Position numbers and translations under genes: made by a program
Shown: positions 8,720-16,453 of the stretch, piece by piece
How positions within the stretch are numbered: the stretch's first letter is position 1
How the letters are laid out: every line of letters begins with the position of its first letter
The notes under the pieces: model-generated
Databases searched by the model: none
What the model saw: only the letters and a program-made list of their open reading frames with translations
What the model was told of the DNA's origin: nothing
Assembly (NCBI GenBank): GCA_025349965.1
Contig: CP075337.1
Coordinates: 540,001 to 572,000 of the forward strand
DNA length: 32,000 bases
Direction: 5' to 3'
From: Candidatus Saccharimonadota bacterium
Lineage (GTDB): Bacteria > Patescibacteriota > Saccharimonadia > Saccharimonadales > Saccharimonadaceae

Positions 8720-9418
8720 ATGGCTACCGAGCATCAGATTGGTCAACTTGAAAAAGGGTTACGGGAATATAGAAAGAAATACCTAACCAAGAAGCAAAAC
8801 CTCGAGGTTGATGAATCGGCAACGCGAATCATGGTAAACAATTTCCTCACCTCCGTACTCGGCTATCTTGAGCTTGATGACATTAAAACCGAGTACAACA
8901 TACGCGGTGAATATGCGGATTACGTCATTCAACTTGCACGAAAAAAGCATATTGTTATCGAAGTAAAATCAATTCAAATTGACCTCAACGACCGCCACCT
9001 ACGCCAAAGCCTTAGCTATGCAGCAAACGAAGGAATAGACTGGATCCTTCTTTTTAACGGTAAACAGATTAAGCTCTATCGTGTTTTGTTTGGAAAACCG
9101 ATATCGTATCATGCTGTATTTGAGTATGATATCTCAGACCTTTCAACCATCAAGCAGGCTGCAGGTGACATTATCAATCTTGCGAAAAAGTCAGTCGCAA
9201 AAGGCGAGCTTGACCTTTATTGGAAGCGATTTGACGCACTAACACCGGCAAGTCTCACGAAAGCAATCTATACCGAAGATGTTATTCGCTCAATTCGTCT
9301 ACGACTCAAGAAGAATTGTGGCATCAATTTTGATCAGCAAGATATAGCAGTAGCGGTGCAGGAACTACTTGTCAATGGGCATAGTGGGGCGGTTAAGCCG
9401 AAAAGTCTTAAGAAGTAA
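8720..9418 (+). CDS. Stand-alone PD-(D/E)XK nuclease-like protein resembling the type I restriction enzyme HsdR N-terminal domain
   Basis: The segment EYADYVIQLARKKHIVIEVKS gives a D...ExK arrangement, followed by LRQSLSYAANEGIDWILLFNG. Upstream are TGCTATACT at 8686-8694 and an AGGAG SD 8 nt from the ATG. Confidence 0.55.
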   Translation: MATEHQIGQLEKGLREYRKKYLTKKQNLEVDESATRIMVNNFLTSVLGYLELDDIKTEYNIRGEYADYVIQLARKKHIVIEVKSIQIDLNDRHLRQSLSYAANEGIDWILLFNGKQIKLYRVLFGKPISYHAVFEYDISDLSTIKQAAGDIINLAKKSVAKGELDLYWKRFDALTPASLTKAIYTEDVIRSIRLRLKKNCGINFDQQDIAVAVQELLVNGHSGAVKPKSLKK

Positions 9419-9419
9419 A

Positions 9420-9671
9420 CTACTTGCCAATCTCGCGCTCAACCACAATAGTACACTCTGTCACAAGAGCAGCAATAGCTCCGACCGCAGCAAGCATTGG
9501 CGCAAGTACCGCACCAACAACACCAATAGTTAATGGTAGCTCGATAAGTTTTTTATCTTCTTTATTCTTGATAATAATGCGGCGAATATTACCCTCGTTA
9601 ATCAAACTCTTCACTTTATCGAGGAGATCTTTACCGTTTACTTTGAATTCTTCGCGGGTGGTTTTGGTCAT
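9420..9671 (-). CDS. DUF4342-like small protein
   Basis: The segment GKDLLDKVKSLINEGNIRRIIIKNKEDKKLIELPLTIGVVGAVLAPMLAAVGAIAALVTECTIVVER matches my recollection of DUF4342. I chose the start at 9671 because TATAAT (minus strand, 9678-9683) lies exactly 6 nt upstream of that ATG. Confidence 0.68.
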   Translation of the reverse strand: MTKTTREEFKVNGKDLLDKVKSLINEGNIRRIIIKNKEDKKLIELPLTIGVVGAVLAPMLAAVGAIAALVTECTIVVEREIGK

Positions 9672-9737
9672 AAACTCATTATAAAACAAGCGTGCTACCT
9701 TATTTACACAAGAAACCAACCGTATTAAGATTAATCA

Positions 9738-10355
9738 ATGAAGCTAAAAAAAGATCTACTTGATACCGCACTAGGCTTCTGGCTTAGTGTTACCGTCATT
9801 TACGTCACGTTGATTGCCTACGCCTCATCTACTAGTTTTAAAGCAGGGTATCTTAGTTACTTTCATATTGACATCAAGCATGTAGACTATACACCTTCGA
9901 TTGCTGATCTCATGAACCAACCCGTCACAATAATACTTGCCATCATACTCCTCCTTATCATCTACTTTGCAATAATATTAATAATAAATTTCCTTCACTG
10001 GCTTTTGAGTAAAATTGCAAATAAAAAAGGATGGGTTCAATTCCTTGACCTTATTGGTGAAAAACCCTTTGGGCGCAGACTCATAATTGCGAGTCTGATT
10101 GCACTCCTTTTAATCCTATCCTTTAAACTTCCTCTTCTTGACTCTTTCAGCAGTGGAACAAAGTTTGCAGAACAACAAAAAAACTTCACGACGCTCGTTG
10201 TGGATGATCAAAAAAAGACCATCAAGGTTCTCATTCATCAACATGAAGGCATCGGGCTTTTTAAGACCTACAATACAGACTCTAAGACATTCAATAGTTC
10301 ATACGAAGCGATAGACCTGACTAATACTGAATTAAATTATGTGCAAATTCAGTAA
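9738..10355 (+). CDS. Integral membrane protein of unknown function, encoded in AT-rich sequence
   Basis: 205-aa ORF with at least three hydrophobic helices: FWLSVTVIYVTLIAYA, VTIILAIILLLIIYFAIILIINFL, LIIASLIALLLILSF. No recognisable motif. Confidence 0.55.
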   Translation: MKLKKDLLDTALGFWLSVTVIYVTLIAYASSTSFKAGYLSYFHIDIKHVDYTPSIADLMNQPVTIILAIILLLIIYFAIILIINFLHWLLSKIANKKGWVQFLDLIGEKPFGRRLIIASLIALLLILSFKLPLLDSFSSGTKFAEQQKNFTTLVVDDQKKTIKVLIHQHEGIGLFKTYNTDSKTFNSSYEAIDLTNTELNYVQIQ

Positions 10356-10381
10356 GTAGAATATTACCTAATAAAATTGCT

Positions 10382-10415
10382 TACGTTTTCGTATATTTTC
10401 GTATATAATACAAAT
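10382..10415 (+). promoter_or_regulatory. Putative leaderless promoter and operator of the LexA-methyltransferase gene
   Basis: Perfect tandem repeat TTTTCGTATA x2 (10386-10395 and 10396-10405). Palindrome TACG-N4-CGTA at 10382-10393. TATAAT at 10404-10409 lies 6 nt upstream of ATG 10416. Confidence 0.5.
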
Positions 10416-11969
10416 ATGAGCAAGGGTACTACAAAGGGTAGAATTGTCGACTTCATAGCAGACTATATACTCCAGAACGGGAGAAGTCCTACGCTAATGG
10501 AGATAAAGAGTGGCGTTGGGCTAAAGTCAGTCTCAACAATCCACCAACACGTACAGGACCTATTACGATCAGGCGTGCTACGACACGATGAACAGAATGG
10601 ATATCAACTAGCAAGCAAGGAAGTTTCCATCACAACAGTCCCCATACTAGGAACGATTACAGCAGGAAAGCCGATCGAGGTAATAGAGCTTCCAGAAGAC
10701 ACCATCGAGGTCGCAGGATTGCCAAAAAATGCCAGATTTTATGCCCTCAAAGTCCTCGGAGATAGCATGATAGAAGAGGGTATATTCGACGGAGATACGG
10801 TCGTAATAAAAGAGCAGACATCGGCTCAAAACGGACAAACTGTCGTTGCTATTATAGATGAAAATAAGGTAACGCTCAAAAAAATCTACAAAGAGGGAGA
10901 TCGATTCAAGCTCCAGCCAGCCAACCAAAGCCTCCTGCCACTCTACAGGGACGAGGTAGAGGTGCGTGGCATCGTATGGTCGGTTCATAGAAACTTTAAA
11001 ACTAAGGCAGAGGGTGTAATGATGAATACAAAGGAATGGAAAACGGTAGACTTATTCGCAGGCGTAGGAGGTGTACGTCTCGGTTTCGAGGAGGCAGGAT
11101 TTACTACAGTTTTCGCGAACGACTTTGAACCTAAGTGTAAATTCACCTATGATTCCAACTTTAATAATGCAAAACTTATCGTTGAAGATATTACTAAGAT
11201 TCAAACAAGTGATATTCCTGATACGGACTTTGTTCTCGGAGGTTTTCCATGTCAGGCATTTTCGATAGCGGGCTACCGGCAAGGCTTCAAGGACGATAAA
11301 GGTCGTGGAAATCTATTTTTCGATGTTGCTCGTATTATTGAGGATAAGCAACCCACAGGATTTCTACTGGAGAATGTAAAGAACCTCAAGACTCACGACG
11401 GGGGAAATACCTACAAAGTCATTGAAAAAACACTCCAAGATCTTGGCTACCACGTTAAGTCAAAGGTACTTAACTCAATGGAATACGGTAACGTTCCTCA
11501 AAATCGTGAGCGTATTTACATTGTTGGATTCAAGGATCAGAGCAAAGCTGAAATGTTTGAATTCCCAGAGCCAACCCCTCTTACAAAGAAGATCACTGAC
11601 ATACTTGAAGATGAAGTTGATGAAAAGTATTACTATAATGGCAAGCCATTATTTGAACTACTCAAGGATGAAGTGAATGAGGTAGGGCAGGTGTACCAGT
11701 GGCGACGTAAATACGTTCGTAAGAATAAGAAGGGTGTGTCGCCGACCCTCACGGCAAACATGGGGATGGGCGGACATAACGTACCCATCATCTATGACGG
11801 TAAGGGTATACGAAAACTCACTCCAAGAGAGTGCTTCCGCATTCAAGGATTCCCGGATGACTATAAATTACCCGACATTGCTGATTCAGCACTATACAAG
11901 CAAGCAGGAAATTCGGTAAGCGTACCGGTACTTAAGCGTATCGCAGAGGAAATAGTGAAGGTCCTTTAG
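10416..11969 (+). CDS. LexA-like autocleavable repressor (winged HTH plus S24 peptidase) fused in frame to a DNA (cytosine-5) methyltransferase
   Basis: LexA part: the HTH is SPTLMEIKSGVGLKSVSTIHQHVQDLLRSGVL. The Ala-Gly cleavage context is VPILGTITAGKPIE. The Ser nucleophile lies in LGDSM and the Lys in VTLKK. There is no stop codon before the C5-MTase motifs: I DLFAGVGG, IV GGFPCQAFS, VI LLENV, VIII QNRERIYIVG, PTLTA, RKLTPRECFRIQGFP, X AGNSVSVPV. Confidence 0.88.
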   Translation: MSKGTTKGRIVDFIADYILQNGRSPTLMEIKSGVGLKSVSTIHQHVQDLLRSGVLRHDEQNGYQLASKEVSITTVPILGTITAGKPIEVIELPEDTIEVAGLPKNARFYALKVLGDSMIEEGIFDGDTVVIKEQTSAQNGQTVVAIIDENKVTLKKIYKEGDRFKLQPANQSLLPLYRDEVEVRGIVWSVHRNFKTKAEGVMMNTKEWKTVDLFAGVGGVRLGFEEAGFTTVFANDFEPKCKFTYDSNFNNAKLIVEDITKIQTSDIPDTDFVLGGFPCQAFSIAGYRQGFKDDKGRGNLFFDVARIIEDKQPTGFLLENVKNLKTHDGGNTYKVIEKTLQDLGYHVKSKVLNSMEYGNVPQNRERIYIVGFKDQSKAEMFEFPEPTPLTKKITDILEDEVDEKYYYNGKPLFELLKDEVNEVGQVYQWRRKYVRKNKKGVSPTLTANMGMGGHNVPIIYDGKGIRKLTPRECFRIQGFPDDYKLPDIADSALYKQAGNSVSVPVLKRIAEEIVKVL

Positions 11970-13114
11970 GACGCTTCACTTATAAACTCTTCGTAAGAGC
12001 CTACTTGCTTAACATCAATATAGTACTTGCCGTCAATCTTTGAGATCTCTACGGAGTCAATACCGGAGTCTACACCTTTTGCCTCGAGCATCTCATAAGT
12101 TACCAGAGTACCCTCCTTGATATTTAGAACATCTCTAAGTATCCATTTTCCGAGATCTGCATTGTGCTGGCTCATAAGTGCCTTCCCGTCATCTTGACTA
12201 ACCTTCACACTCATAACTCTTCCGTCAGGGAAATGTAGATCAAAGGGCGTGTTTCTGTCTGGCAAGAAGTCTCCATACAACTCGCGTACTTTCTTTGGAA
12301 TAAGGATATATGCCTCATTAGGGTCGCGCTTGCGACCTCTCGCGTTCCACTGATTTAGACCACTCCGCTCAAACACAACTCTTTCATCGTTCTTATAGCT
12401 ATATAGGGGCAAGATGATGTGCTCACGACCTTCATCAAGAGATTCGATGTTAGTATCATTATTATAGATAGTAGCTGATTCATCCAGCTTCATCGAATCA
12501 AGAAGGCCGAATGGATCCTCAAGAATAGCAACAGGCTTCCTGAAAAGTCCATCCTCGCTGAAGAACTCTTTAAATAGCGTGCTCTTCGATGTATTAAATC
12601 TATACCTTGCAATACCATCAGTAAAGGTGATTGTTGTTCCAGACCGGTCTGTAATCTCAATCTCATCGATATCGATACGGGGCATCGCATCTTCAAACAC
12701 AAACAGCTGGCCCGGTAGGCGAGCGATACAATGATAAATATACTCATCCACCCCAGCAATACTACCGGCAAAATCTATACGCTTATTACGAAGCTCGGAC
12801 ACCTTCTTAACCTTGTCTAAGTCGGGTAGTGTGTTATATAGAGCACTTTCTTTATTAAATTCGGCCACTTTTTCAAATTTAGGTCTGCCACTATAAACAA
12901 AGGTTTTGATACCCACACCAACATTACCGAGCGCGGCATCAATAGTAATATCGGAGCGTGCCAGGTTTTTAGCTTCAAAAATTCGGGAATACAGATACTC
13001 GGTGGTTCGATAGTGCAAGTAAGGAGTCTCGCTCTCAGAAAATAAGTTAGATAACGAGGCAACTTTTGCGAGTGAACTAGCGTATGTCTCGACTTTTTCA
13101 TGGTTATATTGCAT
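11966..13114 (-). CDS. Putative type II restriction endonuclease, partner of the C5 methyltransferase
   Basis: Convergent with the MTase, with overlapping stop codons. The N-terminal half has a nuclease-like segment, SDITIDAALGNVGVGIKTF. The C-terminal half is WNARGRKRDPNEAYILIPKKV...FDLHFPDGRVMSVKVSQDDGKALMSQHNADLGKWI. It is reminiscent of the B3-like DNA-binding modules of NgoFVII/BfiI/EcoRII-type enzymes, but that is recollection only. I chose the start at 13114 because TGCTATACT lies exactly 6 nt upstream. Confidence 0.55.
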   Translation of the reverse strand: MQYNHEKVETYASSLAKVASLSNLFSESETPYLHYRTTEYLYSRIFEAKNLARSDITIDAALGNVGVGIKTFVYSGRPKFEKVAEFNKESALYNTLPDLDKVKKVSELRNKRIDFAGSIAGVDEYIYHCIARLPGQLFVFEDAMPRIDIDEIEITDRSGTTITFTDGIARYRFNTSKSTLFKEFFSEDGLFRKPVAILEDPFGLLDSMKLDESATIYNNDTNIESLDEGREHIILPLYSYKNDERVVFERSGLNQWNARGRKRDPNEAYILIPKKVRELYGDFLPDRNTPFDLHFPDGRVMSVKVSQDDGKALMSQHNADLGKWILRDVLNIKEGTLVTYEMLEAKGVDSGIDSVEISKIDGKYYIDVKQVGSYEEFISEAS

Positions 13115-13167
13115 AAAATTAGTATAGCACCGATCGTCATGGTAGCAAAAAGGAGTACTATATAAAT

Positions 13168-13827
13168 ATGACCCTCTCCCTCCACCCCGAAACCCTCCAC
13201 CACCCAGCCGCCGCAACCGTCCTTCAATACGCCCAAGAATTCGAACCGAAAGTCCGCGAGCTCCTTCCAGAACTCACTGATCCGCTCGAGTTATACGTCA
13301 CAGATGATTTCATGATCCCTGAGGTGGGTGTCGGCGGCTTCTCATGGAGCGATACGATCATGAGCCTCAGTTTTGACATGGACTTCCCAGCCAAAGCTGC
13401 ACAAAAGCAGCAACTCTTCGGAACACTCCTTCACGAAGGCTTTCATATCATCCAAGGCCACCACGGTGGCGATACATCAAAACAGTCCGAACATCGCCAC
13501 ATCCTCGATAATGCCATCTACGAAGGCGCTGCTACAATTTTCGAGCAAAAATACGCCGGCGTCCATGCACCATGGGGTGATTACTCCGCACTATCCACTG
13601 AAGAGCTTGAATCTATCAAAGTACAGCTTGAAAATGTCACTAATAAACAATATCGCACGGTAGAAGGGTTGTGGGAGAAGTACGCCTTCTATGACCCGGA
13701 TGATACTATACGATGGAAAGTATATCGAACCGGCGCTTGGCTCGTCGAGAAATACCTTGCAAAGACAGGAGACGATATACGCAACCTGAGAACTAAATCA
13801 GCACGAGAAATTTTAGAGGTACTATAA
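13168..13827 (+). CDS. Putative zinc metallopeptidase-like protein (HExxH; DUF2268-like)
   Basis: HExxH motif in TLLHEGFHIIQGHHGG. 219-aa ORF with ordinary composition. AAGGAG lies 12 nt upstream of the ATG. Confidence 0.45.
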   Translation: MTLSLHPETLHHPAAATVLQYAQEFEPKVRELLPELTDPLELYVTDDFMIPEVGVGGFSWSDTIMSLSFDMDFPAKAAQKQQLFGTLLHEGFHIIQGHHGGDTSKQSEHRHILDNAIYEGAATIFEQKYAGVHAPWGDYSALSTEELESIKVQLENVTNKQYRTVEGLWEKYAFYDPDDTIRWKVYRTGAWLVEKYLAKTGDDIRNLRTKSAREILEVL

Positions 13828-13834
13828 AAGCCCC

Positions 13835-14569
13835 ATGGCCCACCCCCACCAAAAATCCACCCATCTCCTCAAATCCTGCGCCCAATCCTTTGAGGTTGCC
13901 GTCAATCCGCTCGACGTCGACAAATGGTCAGCTGGCTTCACCATGGCAAAAGCCCTCGACACGCTTGTAGACGAAGATCACGAGTATGACTCAGGCGCAT
14001 ACGCAGCGCGGCTTTTAGCAGGGGAGTCTATCCCATATGTCAACGATGAGGAAGCGATCTTCATCCGCACCACCTACGATGCGCTCAGCGATCCCTCAAA
14101 AGAGCAGTGGCAACACTCCGCCGCAAATCTTGGTGCCTTCGCCATCAAACGGCTCGAAGCGAGTACAATCGAAGACTATATTGAAGTCGTTTGCGACGAA
14201 TCACACCTCATGGCCGACGTACTGAAGGTTGAAAGTGACGAAGCTCGCCGTGACACCGCACAGCGCCAAGTCTTCAACGCGTGGATGGACCAAATGGGAC
14301 AGACGGCGTATCTTTGCGACACACTGTCCGACTTTATCAGAGACCATAACGAAGGGAACATGAGCATCACCCCAACAGCACGCGGCGCCGTCATACTGGC
14401 ACGCCACGCACTTAAAGAGCTCTTCCGCTTCACGCAAGTAACACCTCTGCCAATTTACACCGCGATGACACAGCGAGCGGTTACAAAAACGCTCGAGAAG
14501 GTTCAGCGACCAGCGTTCTTCAGTACTCAATTCATCAAACAAGCTTCCGCACACACCTCAAGCAAGTAA
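13835..14569 (+). CDS. hypothetical protein, with a weak resemblance to isoprenoid-synthase-fold proteins
   Basis: 244-aa ORF. TATAAA (13823-13828) lies 6 nt upstream of the ATG. Two Asp-rich segments, ALDTLVDED and LSDFIRDHNEG, are loosely reminiscent of squalene/phytoene-synthase motifs. This evidence is weak. Confidence 0.45.
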   Translation: MAHPHQKSTHLLKSCAQSFEVAVNPLDVDKWSAGFTMAKALDTLVDEDHEYDSGAYAARLLAGESIPYVNDEEAIFIRTTYDALSDPSKEQWQHSAANLGAFAIKRLEASTIEDYIEVVCDESHLMADVLKVESDEARRDTAQRQVFNAWMDQMGQTAYLCDTLSDFIRDHNEGNMSITPTARGAVILARHALKELFRFTQVTPLPIYTAMTQRAVTKTLEKVQRPAFFSTQFIKQASAHTSSK

Positions 14570-14594
14570 CCTCGTCTCGTGCTACAATAACAGT

Positions 14595-15668
14595 ATGTTC
14601 CTCGCCCTCAATGAACTGATCAAGGAAAAGTCGCGTTTTGCGCTTATTACCGCTGTCATTATTCTTGTAAGCTATCTTGTGTTCTTCCTCCTTGCGCTGG
14701 CGTACGGACTCGCAACGAGCTACACCAAAGCAGTTGATACGTGGGATGCGGACAGTATCGTCCTCAATCAAAATGCTAATGGCACTATTGGTCGTTCTAT
14801 CATAACTCAGAAAAATACATCACTCCTCAACGCGGATGGCTCGGCTACTGACACCGCAGCACCTCTTGGAGTGGGTACTGCCACCATAGAAAAAGATGGT
14901 TCAGAGGATATCGCGCTCTTCGGCATTGACCCAACAAGCTTCCTCGCACCAACCCCAATAGAAGGGCGCTCGATTCAAAACGAGCACGAGATTATCGTCA
15001 GCAACGAACTGTCGTCTATTGGCATTAAACTCAATGACACTATCACGCTACAGGGAGATGACACCTCTTATATCGTTGTTGGTATTACGGATAACGCGAG
15101 CTTCCAGGCCGCCCCAGTGCTCTATATGTCACTCAAAGATTGGCGCACTGCCGCAAGCGCGACCTCAGGGATGATTGGCATGCGCGATGACACGTCCATT
15201 AATGCGATCGTACTCAAAGAGGGCAGGGCAGTCGACGCACCACTTGAGGCGCAGTCGATTAAAGATTTCATTTACACACTGCCCGGTTATCAAGCGCAGG
15301 TACTGACTTTCAGTCTTATGATCGGCTTCCTTATTGGCATTGCCGCCTTCGTACTGGCAATATTCATCTACATTCTCACGCTCCAGAAGAAGGAGATTTT
15401 CGGAGTACTCAAGGCAGAGGGCGTACCAAATCATTACATTGCCAGTTCTGTCATTATTCAAGTAGCGATCCTCTCTATTGGTGGGCTTATTATCGGCATG
15501 GGGCTCGCGCTCCTTACAGGCACCCTACTGGCAGGCAAGGTGCCATTTGCGGTCAACCCAGTCTTCTTTGCGGGTATTAGCTTCTTATTCCTTGCATGTG
15601 CAGCCCTTGGTGCACTTGCATCGGTACGTTCAGTGACGAAAATCGACCCCGTGGAGGCAATTGGATAA
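14595..15668 (+). CDS. ABC transporter permease, FtsX/MacB type
   Basis: N-terminal TM helix, a large extracytoplasmic domain, then a C-terminal three-helix FtsX-like bundle. The stop overlaps the ATPase start (TAATG). TGCTACAAT lies 6 nt upstream of the ATG. Confidence 0.8.
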   Translation: MFLALNELIKEKSRFALITAVIILVSYLVFFLLALAYGLATSYTKAVDTWDADSIVLNQNANGTIGRSIITQKNTSLLNADGSATDTAAPLGVGTATIEKDGSEDIALFGIDPTSFLAPTPIEGRSIQNEHEIIVSNELSSIGIKLNDTITLQGDDTSYIVVGITDNASFQAAPVLYMSLKDWRTAASATSGMIGMRDDTSINAIVLKEGRAVDAPLEAQSIKDFIYTLPGYQAQVLTFSLMIGFLIGIAAFVLAIFIYILTLQKKEIFGVLKAEGVPNHYIASSVIIQVAILSIGGLIIGMGLALLTGTLLAGKVPFAVNPVFFAGISFLFLACAALGALASVRSVTKIDPVEAIG

Positions 15669-16357
15669 TGAGCAAGCAACATGACGTTATCTTAGAAATG
15701 AAGAATGTAACGCGAACCTTTACACAGGCCGGGCAAAAGATTAATGCGCTCAAAAAGACTGATTTCACCATCAAGGCAGGGGAGATGGTTGCCGTAATTG
15801 GCCCGTCGGGCTCGGGTAAAACAACCTTCCTTACGATTGCCGGTGGACTGCAAAACCCTACACACGGTACCGTAATAATTCGAGGCAAAAATATTACAAA
15901 ACTTTCCCAGAAACAGCTCTCCGCTACTCGCCTTAACGAAGTTGGGTTTATCCTCCAAGCCTCAAACCTTGTTCCGTTCCTTACAGTAGAAAAACAACTT
16001 AAACTCCTCGATAAAGTGTATAGACGCCCAACCGACACAAAGGGTATGACAACTCTTTTTAAAACACTTCAAATAGAAAAGAATCGCACAAAATACCCAA
16101 GCGATCTTTCAGGCGGTGAACGCCAGCGCGCCGCCATCGCTAAGGTACTGTACGGCAATTCAAATCTCATTCTTGCCGATGAACCAACTGCCAGCCTTGA
16201 CACCACCCGTGCCTTTGAAGTCATATCACTCCTTGCAAAAGAGACACACGAACGTAAGAAGGCAACCATCATCGTGACACATGACGAACGACTTCTTAAA
16301 TACTGCGATGCCGTCTACGAAATGCACGATGGCGAACTTAAGAAGCGCAAGAAGTAA
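15668..16357 (+). CDS. ABC transporter ATP-binding protein
   Basis: Walker A GPSGSGKTT, signature LSGGERQR, Walker B LILADEPT, H-loop VTHD. I prefer the start at 15668 (MSKQHDVILEMKNV) over the longer ORF-track start at 15596. Confidence 0.92.
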   Translation: MSKQHDVILEMKNVTRTFTQAGQKINALKKTDFTIKAGEMVAVIGPSGSGKTTFLTIAGGLQNPTHGTVIIRGKNITKLSQKQLSATRLNEVGFILQASNLVPFLTVEKQLKLLDKVYRRPTDTKGMTTLFKTLQIEKNRTKYPSDLSGGERQRAAIAKVLYGNSNLILADEPTASLDTTRAFEVISLLAKETHERKKATIIVTHDERLLKYCDAVYEMHDGELKKRKK

Positions 16358-16453
16358 GTGGAATACAGATCCTTCGGCTCTGTGTAGTCCATCGTCACTC
16401 AGAAAAGCTTGCACGCAATCTTTTCACTCGCTTCCTCGTGCTATACTAGGGCT

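Noticed and set aside
13115-13216. N-terminal extension of the endonuclease ORF (MRRLGGGGFRGGGRGSYLYS...)
   Set aside because: The extension is a low-complexity Gly/Arg stretch and overlaps the start of the divergent gene at 13168. The internal ATG at 13114 has a TGCTATACT-N6 promoter. I therefore prefer the shorter form.
15577-16038. 153-aa minus-strand ORF across the ABC permease/ATPase junction
   Set aside because: It is antisense to genes with clear Walker and signature motifs, and it has no start signals.
16365-16383. Hairpin ACAGATCC-TTCG-GCTCTGT with a C(UUCG)G-type loop after the ABC ATPase gene, considered as a terminator
   Set aside because: The stem has only 5-6 bp with a mismatch and no following U-tract. 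That is too weak to call.
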